Source: Felis catus
Taxonomy: Eukaryota
Direction: 5' to 3'
DNA length: 64,000 nucleotides
NCBI RefSeq assembly: GCF_018350175.1
Contig: NC_058368.1
Location: 133,302,001-133,366,000, forward strand
Shown: piece by piece, positions 34,681 through 47,520 of the stretch
Layout: each line of letters begins with the position of its first letter
How positions within the stretch are numbered: the first letter of the stretch is position 1
Translations under genes and position numbers: made by a program
Notes under the pieces: model-generated
Seen by the model: only the letters and a program-made list of their open reading frames with translations
Told to the model about the DNA's origin: nothing
The model's database searches: none

Positions 34681-36859
34681 AGACTTCTCTGATTTCATAG
34701 GTTTGTCTAAGAGTTGGATTGAATGTAAGTCAGTTGGAGGAAGCTGGGAAAAAGAAAAAGAAAGAGATTGGAGGAGAAATAATTTCTCTGTTTTAAGAAT
34801 ATCTGTTTTGCTCTCCTAAAATAAATACTGGGGCAAGATCAGGGTTCTTTGTCATCATCAACTTAACTCCCCTGGAGGGAGGTTGAACATCAGGGCAAAG
34901 ACATGGGCAGGGTGGGAAGAGGTCATTTGAAATTAGTTATCAGTTTAACATAAGTAACACCTTCTTACGGCATCATTGCTATATGGCCAGAGTGGGTAGA
35001 ACTTGGAAATCATTCCAAGCTAAATTCTTGGTAATTCAGAAGAAGGCCTTTATCCTCTGAATCAAGCACTTAATGATTTAATTTGTCTTGGATCTCATTG
35101 TGGAGCTCATTACTAAATCCATCAGGACCCAGAGGGTGTCAGAATGATTTAGCAGTCTTATAAATTTCTCTATATTCTCTGGTAATTCTCATCGTATGTT
35201 AAATGCTGCAGAATGGCAGGAAGATATAACTTATCAAAATGACTGGGGATGACTTTGAAAACATCTTTTTTTTTTTTTTCCTAGAGGAGAAAAGAGCTGT
35301 GGAAAAAATATCTTTTAAATCCCCAAATTAATATTTAACTAAGTTAGCAGTGAACCTGTTCTCATTCAAGCCCTTGATTGCTTTGTTAGAAGTAATTGCT
35401 TATCTCAGTTTGAGAAGCTTGGTTGAAGGAGGTTACTCCCTTTCATGTCTTATTCATATAAACTTTTTTGTTAAGTATTTTAAATGCACTTTAGCTCTTA
35501 AAATTTTGTGAATTAGATAGGAACCTACAGAAGGGAAGAGGTATGCTTTTTTTTTTTTTTACATCAATATATTACTTCTATTAAAAATAACATTCCCACT
35601 AATGTCAAATGGTCTTTTGGTACCTAATGATCTTGACAAGAACAAATACAACTGCGCAGACTTGGAATTGGGAGAGAATACGGTCATTTATCTGTGGTGC
35701 TGTGGGAGAGGCATTTTCCTTTTCAATTTTCTCCCTCCATTTTCTTATTACAATTACTGTTTGGGTTCATTATGACAACTTCCATCATTATGACTTTCCC
35801 AGCTCACAAGCTGGAGAAAGATTAATGGTAGAAGAAAATACAGTCTTTGGCAATAGAGCTACAGCTAGCTGTTAATATAACACAAGTACATGAAATCCAT
35901 TTATAAGATTTATGCTTGTGATGGAGAAAGTGGTATAAGGTCTACCTTATGTTAAGATATAGAACCAGAACTATTGACAGAAAGCATGTACATTTCATGC
36001 ATTCATTCACTCATTCATTCAACAGATCTTCAGCATCAGTTATCTGTGCATGTCACACACTAAGATAGAAACAAACCCTAATAAGACCCAGTCTGAAAGG
36101 GATGTGAGGTGAGGAGGATGCACGGGGTCAGGGGGAGGCAGGGAGAGAGGGTTTTGCCCATTCTGAAGGTTAGAATTTTGATTCTCATTATCTGGCAGGA
36201 ATCCTTGGATCTAAGTCTATATTAATAGACCTAGATGTTGTTTAACACAAAGCTTAGTTGAGAATAACTCAATCTATAAATGAGACTGCGTACTAATTCA
36301 TCCTATAGTACACAAGGAATAAAGGCCCTACGGTGAGTCCAATAGGAGTCTCTAATTCCTCCTCACCAAAGAAATTGGTAATCCTTTTATAATTTTCGTG
36401 ACAGAAGAGTTCTGGTCCAGACTGGGCTATTTTCTTCTAATGTAGATGTGTATCTATGTGGTATGTTTTTGTGACGAGTTTGAAGGTGCTGCAGGTCTCT
36501 TACTAATAGCCCCAGAGAGTTATTAGATGTTGTTTCTTCACCTTGGGAGGGAGTGCTCTGGGCCTTGTTTACAAGAGCTCTCCACATGTTCCCTCTGTGG
36601 GATTTTCTTTCTCAGCCCTATGGTTTTGGGTGGGGCATTTAAAAAAAGCTTTGAAGCAGAAGAATCATATCCTACTTTTAGGTCTCACTGTAAATGCCTA
36701 TGTCATTGCTCAGCGATGGGGAGTTGGGGACAACGGTTGTGCAACGGCATTTAACACCTTCCCCGGTGGAAATACTTTGTGAGTAAGCTCAGAGATGTTG
36801 CCTTTAAATCACTTCTTGCTCAGTCTCATGTAGGTTATAGTCATTTCCAGCTGGGCCCT

Positions 36860-37790
36860 GGAAATGCAACAATAAACAGCAGTATCCCTGTGCCCAAGGA
36901 TCTCCCAGTCCAGTGAGGAAATCAGACAATTGTATAAGTGTGTGATCAGTGCTGTGATAGAGGTATGCAGGTGGTGGTGGGCTACTGTGGGATCACAGAG
37001 AAAGGTTACTTAATCCTGAAAAGCTAAAAACATTAAAAATTATGTTAAATAGCACAATTGTAAGAAAGTTGATCATTCCAAAATGATCTTTCTCCAAGAT
37101 TTTATAGTTCTAGTTTAAAATATAAAACTGGTCAATCTTGTACTATGTTTGTTGAGGTCATATCTTGTTATCATTCAATTTCATTAACTCTTAAATGTGA
37201 GGTGTATTAGGAGGTAGTCAGGAATGATTTCCTACAAGAATCCTATTAAGGCAGGGGCTTAAGGAAAAAAATGACAGTAAACCAGAAAAAAACCAAGAAG
37301 TGGATAGGAAATGTTCTCTGCAAAGGAAACAGTGCTCACAAAGGCCAGGAGAGAAGAGGTGATGGGTCAGCAAAGTTGGGTCAGTGCTTCCCATGTGGCA
37401 TTGGGGAAGGTAGCTTAGGGCAGAAGAAGAATGAGACTGGAAAGGGGAGCAGTGTGTGATTATGGAGAGCCTTAAGTGCTGAGTAAGGGGTTCAGAGTTT
37501 ATTTTGAAGACAATGGAGGAGTGGGGGATAATAAAAGCCTTTGAACAGGAATGGGACAAGATCAGAGTTGTATGTTAAATAGAACATTCTCACAATACCC
37601 TGGAGGAGAACTTGAAGGGACAAGGCTGGAGGCAGGAAGACCGAGGGCAGGCTGATGCTATAAACCAGCGAAGGGAAGCTGGTGGCTTAAGCTTAGGCAA
37701 GGAGAGTGGTGGAGAGAAAGAACTGAGAAACTAGGCAGATTGTTACTTGAACTAGATTTGGTGACTGGTGAATAAAAGGATGAGGGAGAG
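36860..37790 (-). mobile_element. L2 fragments
   Basis: gagccttaagtgctgagtaagg...ttgaacaggaatgggacaagatcaga...gctggaggcaggaagacc...gatttggtgactgg. Confidence 0.65.
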
Positions 37791-37976
37791 GGCAACATCC
37801 TCCTCCGGCATGGCCATCAGCCTATGGTTCCTGAATGTGACAAGAGGAACAGTAAGCATCCACTAGAAGGAAATCAACTATAACAAGCCAAATAAACAGA
37901 GATGCTCCCGCCCTTTATCACGAATACCGCAATTTTAATACTTCTACGTTATCCCTTGTCTTTTAAAATTTTATTT

Positions 37977-38098
37977 GGGGGTGCCTGGGTGACTCAGTTG
38001 GTTAAGCATCTGACTCTTGATATTGGTTCAGCCTGTGAGCTCACTGTCATGAGACTGAGCCCTGTGTCAGACACTGCTGAGCGTGGAGCCTGCTTGAA

Positions 38099-38146
<48 letters not shown>

Positions 38147-38207
38147 CGCCCCTCCCCCACTCAGGCTCTCTCTCCCTCTCTCTCTTTTTCTCTCACAATA
38201 AATCAAC
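37977..38207 (+). mobile_element. Can-SINE with long (CT)n
   Basis: gggggtgcctgggtgactcagttggttaagcatctgactcttga; (TC)n at about 38101-38143. Confidence 0.94.
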
Positions 38208-38209
38208 TT

Positions 38210-38745
38210 TAAAAGTTTGTTAATTGTTTTGCACAAGTAACATAGTCGCATGGTTCAGAAATTAAAAAGCCTCAATAAGGTATACGTTGAAAGCCTCCTT
38301 CCCTCCCTCCCTCCCATTTACTTGTTTCTTGTGTGATCTCTCCAGGGACTTTATGCAGATGCCGGGAAGTGCAAGCATGTATTATTCCTTTTTTCCACAA
38401 AAGCCAGCGGCATACTTTACACTGTGATCTGTACTTCAGTCTTTTGTTTTGCTTTGTTTTGTTTTGTTTTTTAACTGAATAGTATATCCTACATAACTTT
38501 CCATATCAATGTAAATGGAGAACAACTTTCTTATTTTTCTATTTATAGGTGTATAGTATTCATGGATATATAGTTGTTTATTAAGCCAGTTCCCTGCTGT
38601 GGACGCTTGGATTGTTTTCTTGCTATTATGAAAAATGCTTCAGTAAGTATGCATTCATCATTCTGTACTTGGGTGTATGTATCTGTTGAAATGGGCTTGA
38701 CATATCACAGAGAAAAAGCATTTATAAATTTGTTAATAGAACTAA
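38210..38745 (-). mobile_element. Old L1ME-type 3' fragment
   Basis: gtaacatagtcgcatggttcagaaatt...ggacgcttggattgttttcttgctattatgaaaaatgct. Confidence 0.6.
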
Positions 38746-38749
38746 ATTT

Positions 38750-39004
38750 TTATTTTATTTTATTTAAAGGGAAACTGAAAAAAATTTTAATGTTTATTTA
38801 TCTTTGAGAGAGAGAGAGAGAGAGAGAGAGGGACAGATGTGAGTGCGGGAGGGGAACAGAGAGGACTAGACAGAGAATCCGTAACAGGCCCCAGTCTCTG
38901 AGCTCTCAGTCCAGAGCCCGACACAGGGGTCAAACTTATGAACTGTGAGATCATGACCCAAGCCAGAATCGGACACCTAACTGACTGAGCCACCCAGGCG
39001 CCCT
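38750..39004 (-). mobile_element. Can-SINE (SINEC_Fc type)
   Basis: aatgtttatttatctttgagaga...ctgagccacccaggcgccc. Confidence 0.93.
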
Positions 39005-39179
39005 AAAAACACTATATTTTAAAAGTTGATCACTCCAACACAGTCTGGAAACTTTCTTCAAGATACTTTGTATTCGTGTATTAAAATATAAACTTATAAA
39101 TCACACACTATGTTTGGAGTGGTATCATACTGTTACTGCTCAGTTTATTAACACCAAGTGTTAATACTGCTCCACTTTA

Positions 39180-39396
39180 AAAAAATTTTTTTAATGTTTT
39201 TATTTATTTTTGAGACAGAGAGAGACAGAGTATGAGCAGGGGAGGGGCAGAGAGAGAGGGAGACATAGAATCCGAAGCAGGCTCCAGGCTCTGAGCTGTC
39301 AGCACAGAGCCCGATGCAGGGCTCGAACCCACGGACTGTGAGATTGTGACCTGGGCCGTAGTCAGACGCTTAACTGACTGAGCCACCCAGGTGCCC
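39180..39396 (-). mobile_element. Can-SINE (SINEC_Fc type)
   Basis: Perfect 17-bp TSD aatactgctccacttta at 39163-39179 and 39397-39413. Confidence 0.96.
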
Positions 39397-40514
39397 AATA
39401 CTGCTCCACTTTATTAACACAAAGTGGCACATGTGTTATAGCAAGTTGATAACATGTGAAAGTAATTTGGGATATCCAGTGCTTCACGGAACGTGGACTT
39501 GGAGTCCCTGATAGCCTATTTTTTGGTACTAATAAATGTAGCTTTAAGTCACCATTTTAGGTTTTTTTCCTCACATTCCTTAAAACACCCAACTTTTGAA
39601 GAGATAACAGTTCCTTGATGTTTGCAAGTTGTGGGCATGTAAGAGGAGATACATTCATTATATGTTCAATATCTCAAGACTGCCTATGCTAGTATTTTTT
39701 AAACCAGGAGCTGATCAAAACAAACAGAAACAAATATAAAAAAATATTTCCTTGGATCTGGGCTGTTTTTATAGATACAAATGAGTTTTAGATAAATGTG
39801 TCTGATTTTACATATTTTTGATAGATCTTCTGTGGAGGCAAGATTGCTTTTCCATTCAAATCTCTGCTGTGTGGAACCCACCTCTAGCTTAGATCTCAGA
39901 ATGCAATTCCCATGAGGCATTTACCTCCCCAAAAGTATATCTGTTCTTTCTACCAGTTGGCATAGGTTTGGGATATTGATACCCTATGAAACAGTGACTG
40001 TCTGCCAGCTGAAGCCACACAACCCTTCCTTTCTGGCCATATCCAAGTCAAGGAACCTTGCCTATCTTAACTCTAAGTCTGGAATTTGAGCCTGTTGAGT
40101 CTGTGGTAGTTTCATTTGCTTTTGATATTTAGTCAGTAGGAAAACTGAGAGGATATTGAATGTCCCTTGGTCTTACTTAGAAGCATAGATACTACTTGGA
40201 TTATGAATATTCTCAAGACTTTAACAACAGAAGGAAAATGCTGTGGCAAAAAGTGAGGGTTGTCTTTGGTCTTCCTCCATATTGTCTTGCTTATTGTTAA
40301 CATAAATCCGCTGCATCCCTGCAGATCTACTCAACGTGGTGTCTATTGACCATCATTGGGTGCCAGCTCGTCTTCCCCACCCTCTTATTCCAGAAGTTCA
40401 TATATGTTGTCTCTCGCTATTAAAGTGTCCCCTAACTCCGTTGCTCTCCCTGCCATTTTTCTGCTATTGTGTTCTCTCCACAAGACAATGACTCTGCTCT
40501 ATCTTAGCAATTCA

Positions 40515-40655
40515 TAAACCTTATTATGCTTCAGAATCACTGGGAGTGCTTGTTAACTCTCAGTCAGGGTTTATAAATCTGCATTTTAATCAGCAGGCTC
40601 CACCTGGCTCCCCAAGTAATCCAGACTTGATGAGGAGACCACACTTAGAGCAGCC
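40515..40655. mobile_element. MER5-like MITE
   Basis: tcagaatcactgggagtgcttgttaa...aatctgcattttaa...ggagaccacacttagag. Confidence 0.55.
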
Positions 40656-40689
40656 CTTCACTCTACTGCAGGAGAACAACACTGCTCTT

Positions 40690-40790
40690 CTGTTAAGGAG
40701 ACCTGGGTTTAGGTCTACCCCTGCCAGTCCTATGGCTTTGGGTAAGTCACACCAATTCCCCGTGCTTCTACTTCCTCCTCTGTAGCATGG
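40690..40790 (+). mobile_element. MIR fragment
   Basis: ggagacctgggtttaggtct...ctttgggtaagtcac. Confidence 0.55.
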
Positions 40791-41069
40791 AGATCAAGGA
40801 GAGAAATTGCACTGGAGTTCTTCAACACCTTTGCCCCATTGACTTTCCTTCTCACCTGCTTAGGAAACCCCAACTTGGAGTGGCCTTATCATCTACCTTT
40901 GCTTCTGGGCACCCTGGCTATTGAATGAAACTTGAGAAAATCACAGATCCAGGCTGACTGGTGCTGCTCACCTGAGCTCGCCACACCGTGCAAACACCAC
41001 AGTACTCCAGCCACTCTCTTGTTCTGCACAAGGACTGTTCCAAATGTACCTTTCTCTCTTCAAACTTCA

Positions 41070-41310
41070 GAGTGAGGAAGGGGTTATGAGCTAAGGAATG
41101 CAAGAGGCCTCCAGAAGCTAAGAAAGGCAAGGAAACAGATTCTCCCCTACAACCTCCCGAAGGAACCAGTCCTGCAAACTTGTTGGGTTATGCTTAGTGA
41201 AACTGATTTTGGACATTTGGCCTCTGCACCTACAAGAGAATAAATCTGTTTTGCTTAAAGTCATTAAGTCTGTGGCAATTCATTATAGGAGCAAGAGGAA
41301 ACAGATGCCA
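41070..41310 (+). mobile_element. MaLR LTR 3' part (MLT1D-like)
   Basis: aaggaatgcaagaggcctccagaagctaagaaaggcaaggaaacagattctcccct...agaataaatctgttttgctt. Confidence 0.85.
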
Positions 41311-41329
41311 CAAAGTGAGATCACTTAGG

Positions 41330-41672
41330 GAGCATGTGTGAAGAAGTCTCTTGAAAATTGTTGCCTCTGTGTGGTTTTGTCTTCTATGGATCTACAGACA
41401 AGGCGCTGGTGCTGCATCTGAGACCACCACTGGGTTGTCCTCAAGACCGGAAACAGGAAGTGCTGGATGTTGAGAGAAGAGCTGGAACCCACTAGACAAT
41501 GTGTCCTTTGCTATATCTGACCAGAAACACTTTCAGAAAGCAATGGCAGCTTTGTCACTTCTGCCTTCTGAATCTCATAGAAGTTCTTGTTTTGGCCAGC
41601 TACAACCCAGGTAGGGAACAGAAATCATAGTTCTGGGACCTACAGTTCCCACCTTAACCAAGCTGATACAAC
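41330..41672. mobile_element. ERVL-type LTR fragment (LTR33/LTR41-like)
   Basis: cacttctgccttctgaatctcat...ttctgggacctacagttccc...aagctgataca. Confidence 0.5.
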
Positions 41673-41699
41673 ACATTCATCCTAAAATGACCTGATTTT

Positions 41700-42080
41700 A
41701 TAGGTTTTCATCTGGGCTTTTCCTCTCACTTACGTTACGGCGAGAGCATTTTCCTGTCATTGAAAATTCTTCCAAACTAATTTGGAAGAAATTCTGATGA
41801 CCCATAATTTATTTAACCATCCCTCTGTTATTGGTGACTTAGGATGTTTTCTTTTTTTTTTATTTTTTCCTGTGTTACTAATAGTATGGCAGTAACTCTC
41901 CATGCATACAAATCTTTGTCAGTATCTCTGATATTTCCTAGGAATGGATTCCTCGAAGGGGGATTACTGAATTAAAGGAAGTCAATTTCTACAAATTGTG
42001 ATGATTCCTGCCAAACTGCTCTCCAGAAACGGTATATCAGCTTTCACTCCTATTAACTGGGCCCTGGCCAGCATCGAATA
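41700..42080 (-). mobile_element. Old L1ME-type fragment
   Basis: cataatttatttaaccatccctctgttattggtgacttagg...gccaaactgctctccagaa. Confidence 0.65.
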
Positions 42081-43159
42081 TTGTGTTTTAAATCCATTCA
42101 GAGAGGCACTTCTTGACAATATCTGATGCTGGTGATCATTATAGCTCAAGACTTGGAAGTGAGGTGAGTTGGCCACAATATTCATCTGCAGCTGGCTGGA
42201 GAGGCTGGTGACACTTCCTTCCTTTACCTCTGTGGGCACCTGCATCTTCAGAAGCTAGACTCATGGTGAAAAACAACCTGCTGCGATAGGCAATACAGCA
42301 CTTTTCAGTCAACAACTTGGGGAAATATATTACTTACAATTAAGTATGACCTGAAGAAATACTAATATAGAAGGAAAACTATTCCTATCTCACAAATAAA
42401 GAAACACATTAAGTGAGCACCAATGATTTCTCTAGCTCTAACTAGCAAGTCCCTAACAGATTAATAGTTAGCATTCACTTCCCTGAAGTTTTCAATCATT
42501 ATTTAGGACATTTCGAAGCATATACATTGTACCAAAAACTAGATTCTGCGTCTAATATGGAAAAAGCATACTCTTTGGTTTACAGTTAAAACACTAAAAC
42601 ACATTACCTGGCTAATTCCCATTGCAAATATTTGAATTAATAAGGATGGTTTTATGGCACGCTATTTTAAATCCTCTTTTTGATTCTCAGCTTTACTGCA
42701 ACAGAAATGAAAAATAAAACATGATTGCATATTGCTGAAGTGACCCAAGGAGAAAACCTATTACATCAGAGAATTTCGTGCAGGGAGTGATTAAGCAGTC
42801 TGTCTACATGTTTTCCCAAATTTGTATTTCAGCTGAAATGTAATGGTTAGATGGATAAGAAGTAATTGGTATATTGAGAAAAGAAATTAATACTGACTTA
42901 TCTTCTCTCCAAACTGCAAAGTTTATTTTTATATACAATCTCAGAATGCTAATAAAATAATCTAGTTTCCATTTTTTCAAAATTAGAGATGCCTGAATTT
43001 GTGATGACAGTTTTGCTTTATGAAAGCCTATTTTAGAGTTATCAGACTGTCTGAAATCTTTAGAGTCTCTGCATTAAGTAAGCCAACCAACAAATAACCT
43101 CTCAGCAGACAAAATCACAGAAAGCTGAGCTACAAGGAACATGGCCGAGATGATGAGCG

Positions 43160-43335
43160 GTTCTCAGGGTGGTCCCTAAACCAACATCAGAATCACCTTG
43201 GAATTGATCAGAAATGCACATTCTCAGGGCCCTGCTCAGACCTATTGGATCTGAAACTCTGGGGAGTAGGACTGGGCAGTTTGTGTCTTAACAAGCCATC
43301 TGCTACATGCTGAAGTTTCTTTAAGAGCTACTGAT
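43160..43335. mobile_element. MER5A-like MITE
   Basis: gttctcagggtggtccc...catcagaatcacc...agaaatgcacattctcagggccc...tctgaaactctgggg. Confidence 0.75.
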
Positions 43336-43344
43336 CTACAATGT

Positions 43345-43450
43345 TGCTTTCGTTGGTCTGAGAAGGAAGCCAAAGCCCAGAGAGGGCTATTACTCCTTGA
43401 ATCACAGGAGAAGTTAATGGCATAGTAGGACCAGACTGCCTAGTCTGTAG
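43345..43450 (-). mobile_element. MIR fragment
   Basis: aggaagccaaagcccagagaggg...tcacaggagaagttaatggca. Confidence 0.5.
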
Positions 43451-44447
43451 ACAACCTCAACAGTCCTTTACAACATGTGGCTTGTCTGAGATACCCTGTG
43501 AGGATGAAAGTGTATTTAGCATGCTCTGCCAGTCAGGCAAACTGTGTGGCAACTTTTTCTAGAAAGGAAAACTTAATGCTACAAGAAGCAACCTATACAA
43601 AGCTTAGCTATAAAGAAAATTTACTACTGTGAAACAGCCAACCAAGTCTTCAATGAACTAGATGCATGGACTATTACTATACCTCTTGATTGGATATTTT
43701 AATCATAAGTATTAGGGAAATTTCTCTGTTGAGATCACAAAAATTCTCATTGAAGTCTGTATAAAATCTAGCCAGTATCCATCTTGTAAAACATAAAAAA
43801 TAGTGCAGCTATATGCCTTGAGGGAACTTCTCTGTTCAAATGACCTTATTCATTGGAGGCAGATGAAAAAGTAGGGAAAGTTTGCCAAATTACATCTGCA
43901 TAGTTTATCTCTGTGATTTCTAACGAAAGGGAACTTTTCTATTTCTAAAAGGAAACTCTTGATATACTATCAATGGGAAGAGAATATGATGTAACTGATT
44001 TTTGTAGTATATTAAGAAACTCATAAATGAAAAGGAAAAGATCAAATAATTTTAACTCATATTTGACCTTATTAAATAATTAAGTTTCTTTTCATTTAAT
44101 CAAGTTGTGTATCACCAGATGGAAGAAAGGATTTATTTAATTGAAATTCCTTTGCAGTCAGCAAGGACATCTTCAGCATCACAAACATCAAGGATATGAT
44201 ACCTCCATTTCAACAGGTTCCCAGTTCAGCGAGGCTCAAATGATCCATGTGGCATTGTCTTTGCTAAAATATAGGTTTATCTGCACAACATAAACACATA
44301 TTGAAAATATGCAACACATTAGCACTTTTCTTGATGTTGTGGACATGACCTATGCCTTAAGAAATATTTGGAGTGAATGCCTATGAAATTCTCATATACA
44401 TTCAAGAGTACTGCCACAATAATGATGAGACTATGAACAGACCGTTC

Positions 44448-44778
44448 GCCCAGTCCAATAGAAATAGAAAGTGAAAAAGAAGGAGAAATGGAATGTGAGC
44501 CGCATATGCAATTTCAAATTTTCTAGTAGCCATTTAAGTACAAAGAAACAGGTGAAATTAATTTTAATAATAGTTTCATATAAGTCACTATATCCAAAAT
44601 ATTATCATTTCAACATGTAATCAATATAAACATTCCTAATGGGATTTTACATTCTTTTTTGTATTCTTTGAAATCCACTGTGTGCTTCATACATACACAC
44701 GTGTCATCTTGACGAGCCACATTTTAAGTGCTCAGCTAGTCACAGGGGACTAGTCACTACAGTATTGGACAACATGGG
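44448..44778. mobile_element. hAT-Charlie MITE (MER33-like)
   Basis: gtccaatagaaata...aattttctagtagccattt...tatccaaaatattatcatttcaacatgtaatcaatataa...gtattggacaac. Confidence 0.85.
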
Positions 44779-45478
44779 TATAGACTTAGTAGTCAATTTA
44801 CCTATTTCTAGATGCTTCCCTTAGCTTACTTTCACCCAAATCCTAACTTCCAAAGTATCAGCCTTACCCTCTGATGTCTGCAAGGGACTCTTTTGAAGTA
44901 CCTCTTGGTTTCATTCTCTGTTCCTTTTTTCTCCAGTTTCTCCTTAGGTCCTCAGGCTTTAAATGCTAGCCATAAGCTGATAACTCTCACATTTGTGTCT
45001 CCACCCTAGACCTCTCTTCTGAGCTCCAGATTCTCATTTCCAACTATATACTCAACATTTCTTCTTGGATATTGAATAAACACCAAAAGTGTGATGTCAC
45101 TAAAATAAGCACTGACTACCAACCCTAGCATAACCATCATATTTGCTTCCCCACAAGCTTCCCTCTTGACAGTAAATGGCACTACTACCTTCACAGTTGT
45201 TCAGTTAGATACCTCTCTGTCCCTCACACCCACACCCCACATCCAATCCTTTAGTCAACTCTGTTGGCTCCACCTCCACAATGTATATCTATTCAAACTC
45301 CTCCCTACCTCCATTGTTATAACCTGAATCCAAGATGCCATCATCTCTCTGTGGATCACTGCAACCAACTCCTAACCGGTATCTTGCCTATAGTCTAGCC
45401 ACCATTAAGCCACCAGATTGAGCTTTACAGCATATATCATATCATATGTTCCCCTTGCTTACAACTTCTCCATTGCCA

Positions 45479-45696
45479 GAGCGCCTGGGTGGCTCAGTCA
45501 GTTAAGTATCCGACTCCTGATTTCAGCTCAGATCATGATCTTACTCTTTGTGGGTTTGAACCCCACGTTGGGCTCTGTGCTAGCGTGGAGCCTGCTTGGG
45601 ATTCTCTCTCTCCCTCTCTCTCTCTGCTCCTCCCCCATTCATGTGGTCTCTGTCGTTCTCTCTCTCCAACTTAAAAAAAAAAAACTTTAAAAAAAT
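45479..45696 (+). mobile_element. Can-SINE
   Basis: gcgcctgggtggctcagtcagttaagtatccgactc...ggagcctgcttgggattctctc...poly(A). Confidence 0.93.
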
Positions 45697-46490
45697 GTTC
45701 AACGCCATTAGTCGTTAAGGAAATGCAAGAGAAGCCTACAAAGGAATACTATTTCACATACTAAAAAGTGTCTATCACAAATAAAACACACAAGAGCAAA
45801 TGCTGTGGAGTTTGTTGAAAAATGGGAACCCTCATGCCTTACTGTCGAGAATATAAAACGGTGCAGTCACTCTGGAAAACAGTTTGCAGTTTCTCAGAAT
45901 GTTAAACATAAAACAACCATACCACCTAGCAATTCCACTTCTAGGTATCTGCCCCAGAGGAATGAGAACATTTTTCCACTAAGAGATTTGCATGCAACTG
46001 TTCATAGCACCATCATTCATAGTAGCTAAAAACTGGGACAACCTACATATTTATTTACAGGTAAATACATAAACAAATGGTAACACATGCAACAGTGGAA
46101 CACTATTCAGCAATAAAGAGGAACAAACTACTGACACGTGCTATGGAACCTCAAAAACATGCCAAGTGAAACAAGCAAAACACAAGAAACTATATATTGT
46201 ATGTTTCCATTTATAGGAAATTTCCAGAAAAGGCAAATTTAAAGAGGCAGAAAGTAGATTAGCAGTCGGATAGGGCTGAAGATGGGAACAGGGAATAACT
46301 GTAAGTGAGCCATGAAGAATCATACTGGAAATATGGGAATGATCTGAAATTGATTTATGGCAAAAAAATTGATTTATGGTGATGATTGTGTCCTTAAGTT
46401 TAAACATTTAAAAATCATTGAATTGCACCCTTGAGATAGGTGAATTTTCTGATATGCAATATATGCTTGAAAAAAAATGTTTTATAAAAA
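45697..46490 (+). mobile_element. Old L1 (L1MB-type) 3' end
   Basis: ctggaaaacagtttgcagtttctc...cctagcaattccacttctaggtat...aggcagaaagtagattag. Confidence 0.85.
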
Positions 46491-46886
46491 CACAAAAACT
46501 TCCCCTTACACTGAGAATAAAACCCAGACTCCTTACCGTGGTCTACAAAGCCCTACGTGATTGACCACTACCCACCCCCTCAGACTTCATTTCTTGCTAA
46601 TCTCCTTTTTCTCATCATACCCCATGTAAATTGGTCCTTTGTTCTACCTCTCTAACATGCCAAGTTCATTGTTGTCTTACTTAAGGTGTTTGTTGCTCTG
46701 CTATTCCCTCAGTTTACATGCCAGCTTCCTTCTCCACACTCAGGACTCAGTTCACAGCACTTCCTCATCTCCACCAGAGCCAAAGCAGAAGCCCTTACTA
46801 GTCACAGCCAGAGTTCTGTGCAACATTACTAGTTTCTTGTCTCCACGGCCATGACCAGTACCTGACATTACGTTATCTGCACTTAC

Positions 46887-47229
46887 AGCTGTGCTCTGAA
46901 TGTGCCCCTTTCCAAATTCATGTGTTGAAATCCTAACCCCCAAAGGTGAAGGTTCTAGGGAGGTGGGGACTTTGGGAGGTGCTTAAATCATGAGGGTGGA
47001 GCCCTCATGAGTGGGATTAGTGCCTTTATTGAAGAGGCTCCAGGGAGACCCCTGTTCCTTCCACTATGTGAAGGGCACAGAGAGAAGTCTGTGGTGTAGA
47101 AGACCGCAACCACACAGGCACCCTGATTTTTTCCTTCCAATCTCCAGAACTGTGAGAAGTAAATTTTAGCTGTTGATGAGCCACCCAGTCTGTGGTATTT
47201 TGTTATAGCAGCACCCACAGACTGATACA
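46887..47229 (+). mobile_element. MaLR solo LTR (MLT1A-like)
   Basis: ccaaattcatgtgttgaaatcctaaccccca...tcatgagggtggagccctcatgagtgggattagtgcc...tttgttatagcagc. Confidence 0.9.
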
Positions 47230-47399
47230 TGCTTATGACACATGTTAACCACATGTCTCCCCTTGTAAGCCCCCATACTCCTAGTTGAGGGACTTATCCA
47301 CCTTTTGGACCCTGTTCAGAACACGACATGCTGACACACAGGAGGCGCTCCCTAAGCCAGACTGATTGATTGACTTGCTAAATGTTTGGATGTTTCATT

Positions 47400-47520
47400 A
47401 AATGCTCTGATCCTCAAATTATTCTTCGGTAAAATAATAGATAATAATTGTATCTATCCTTCTTGTCTCACAAGGCTGTTTGTGAGGGTTAAATCAGAAT
47501 TATGTGAAGCACTATGGACA
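47400..47520 (+). mobile_element. MIR fragment
   Basis: ctcacaaggctgtttgtgagggttaaatcagaattatgtgaagcact. Confidence 0.55.

Larger units (their letters stand above)
44940..46880 (+). mobile_element. L2, split by a SINE and an L1 (45479-46490)
   Basis: gacctctcttctgagctccaga...gatgccatcatctctc; resumes gaataaaacccagactccttaccgtggtctacaaagccct. Confidence 0.8.
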
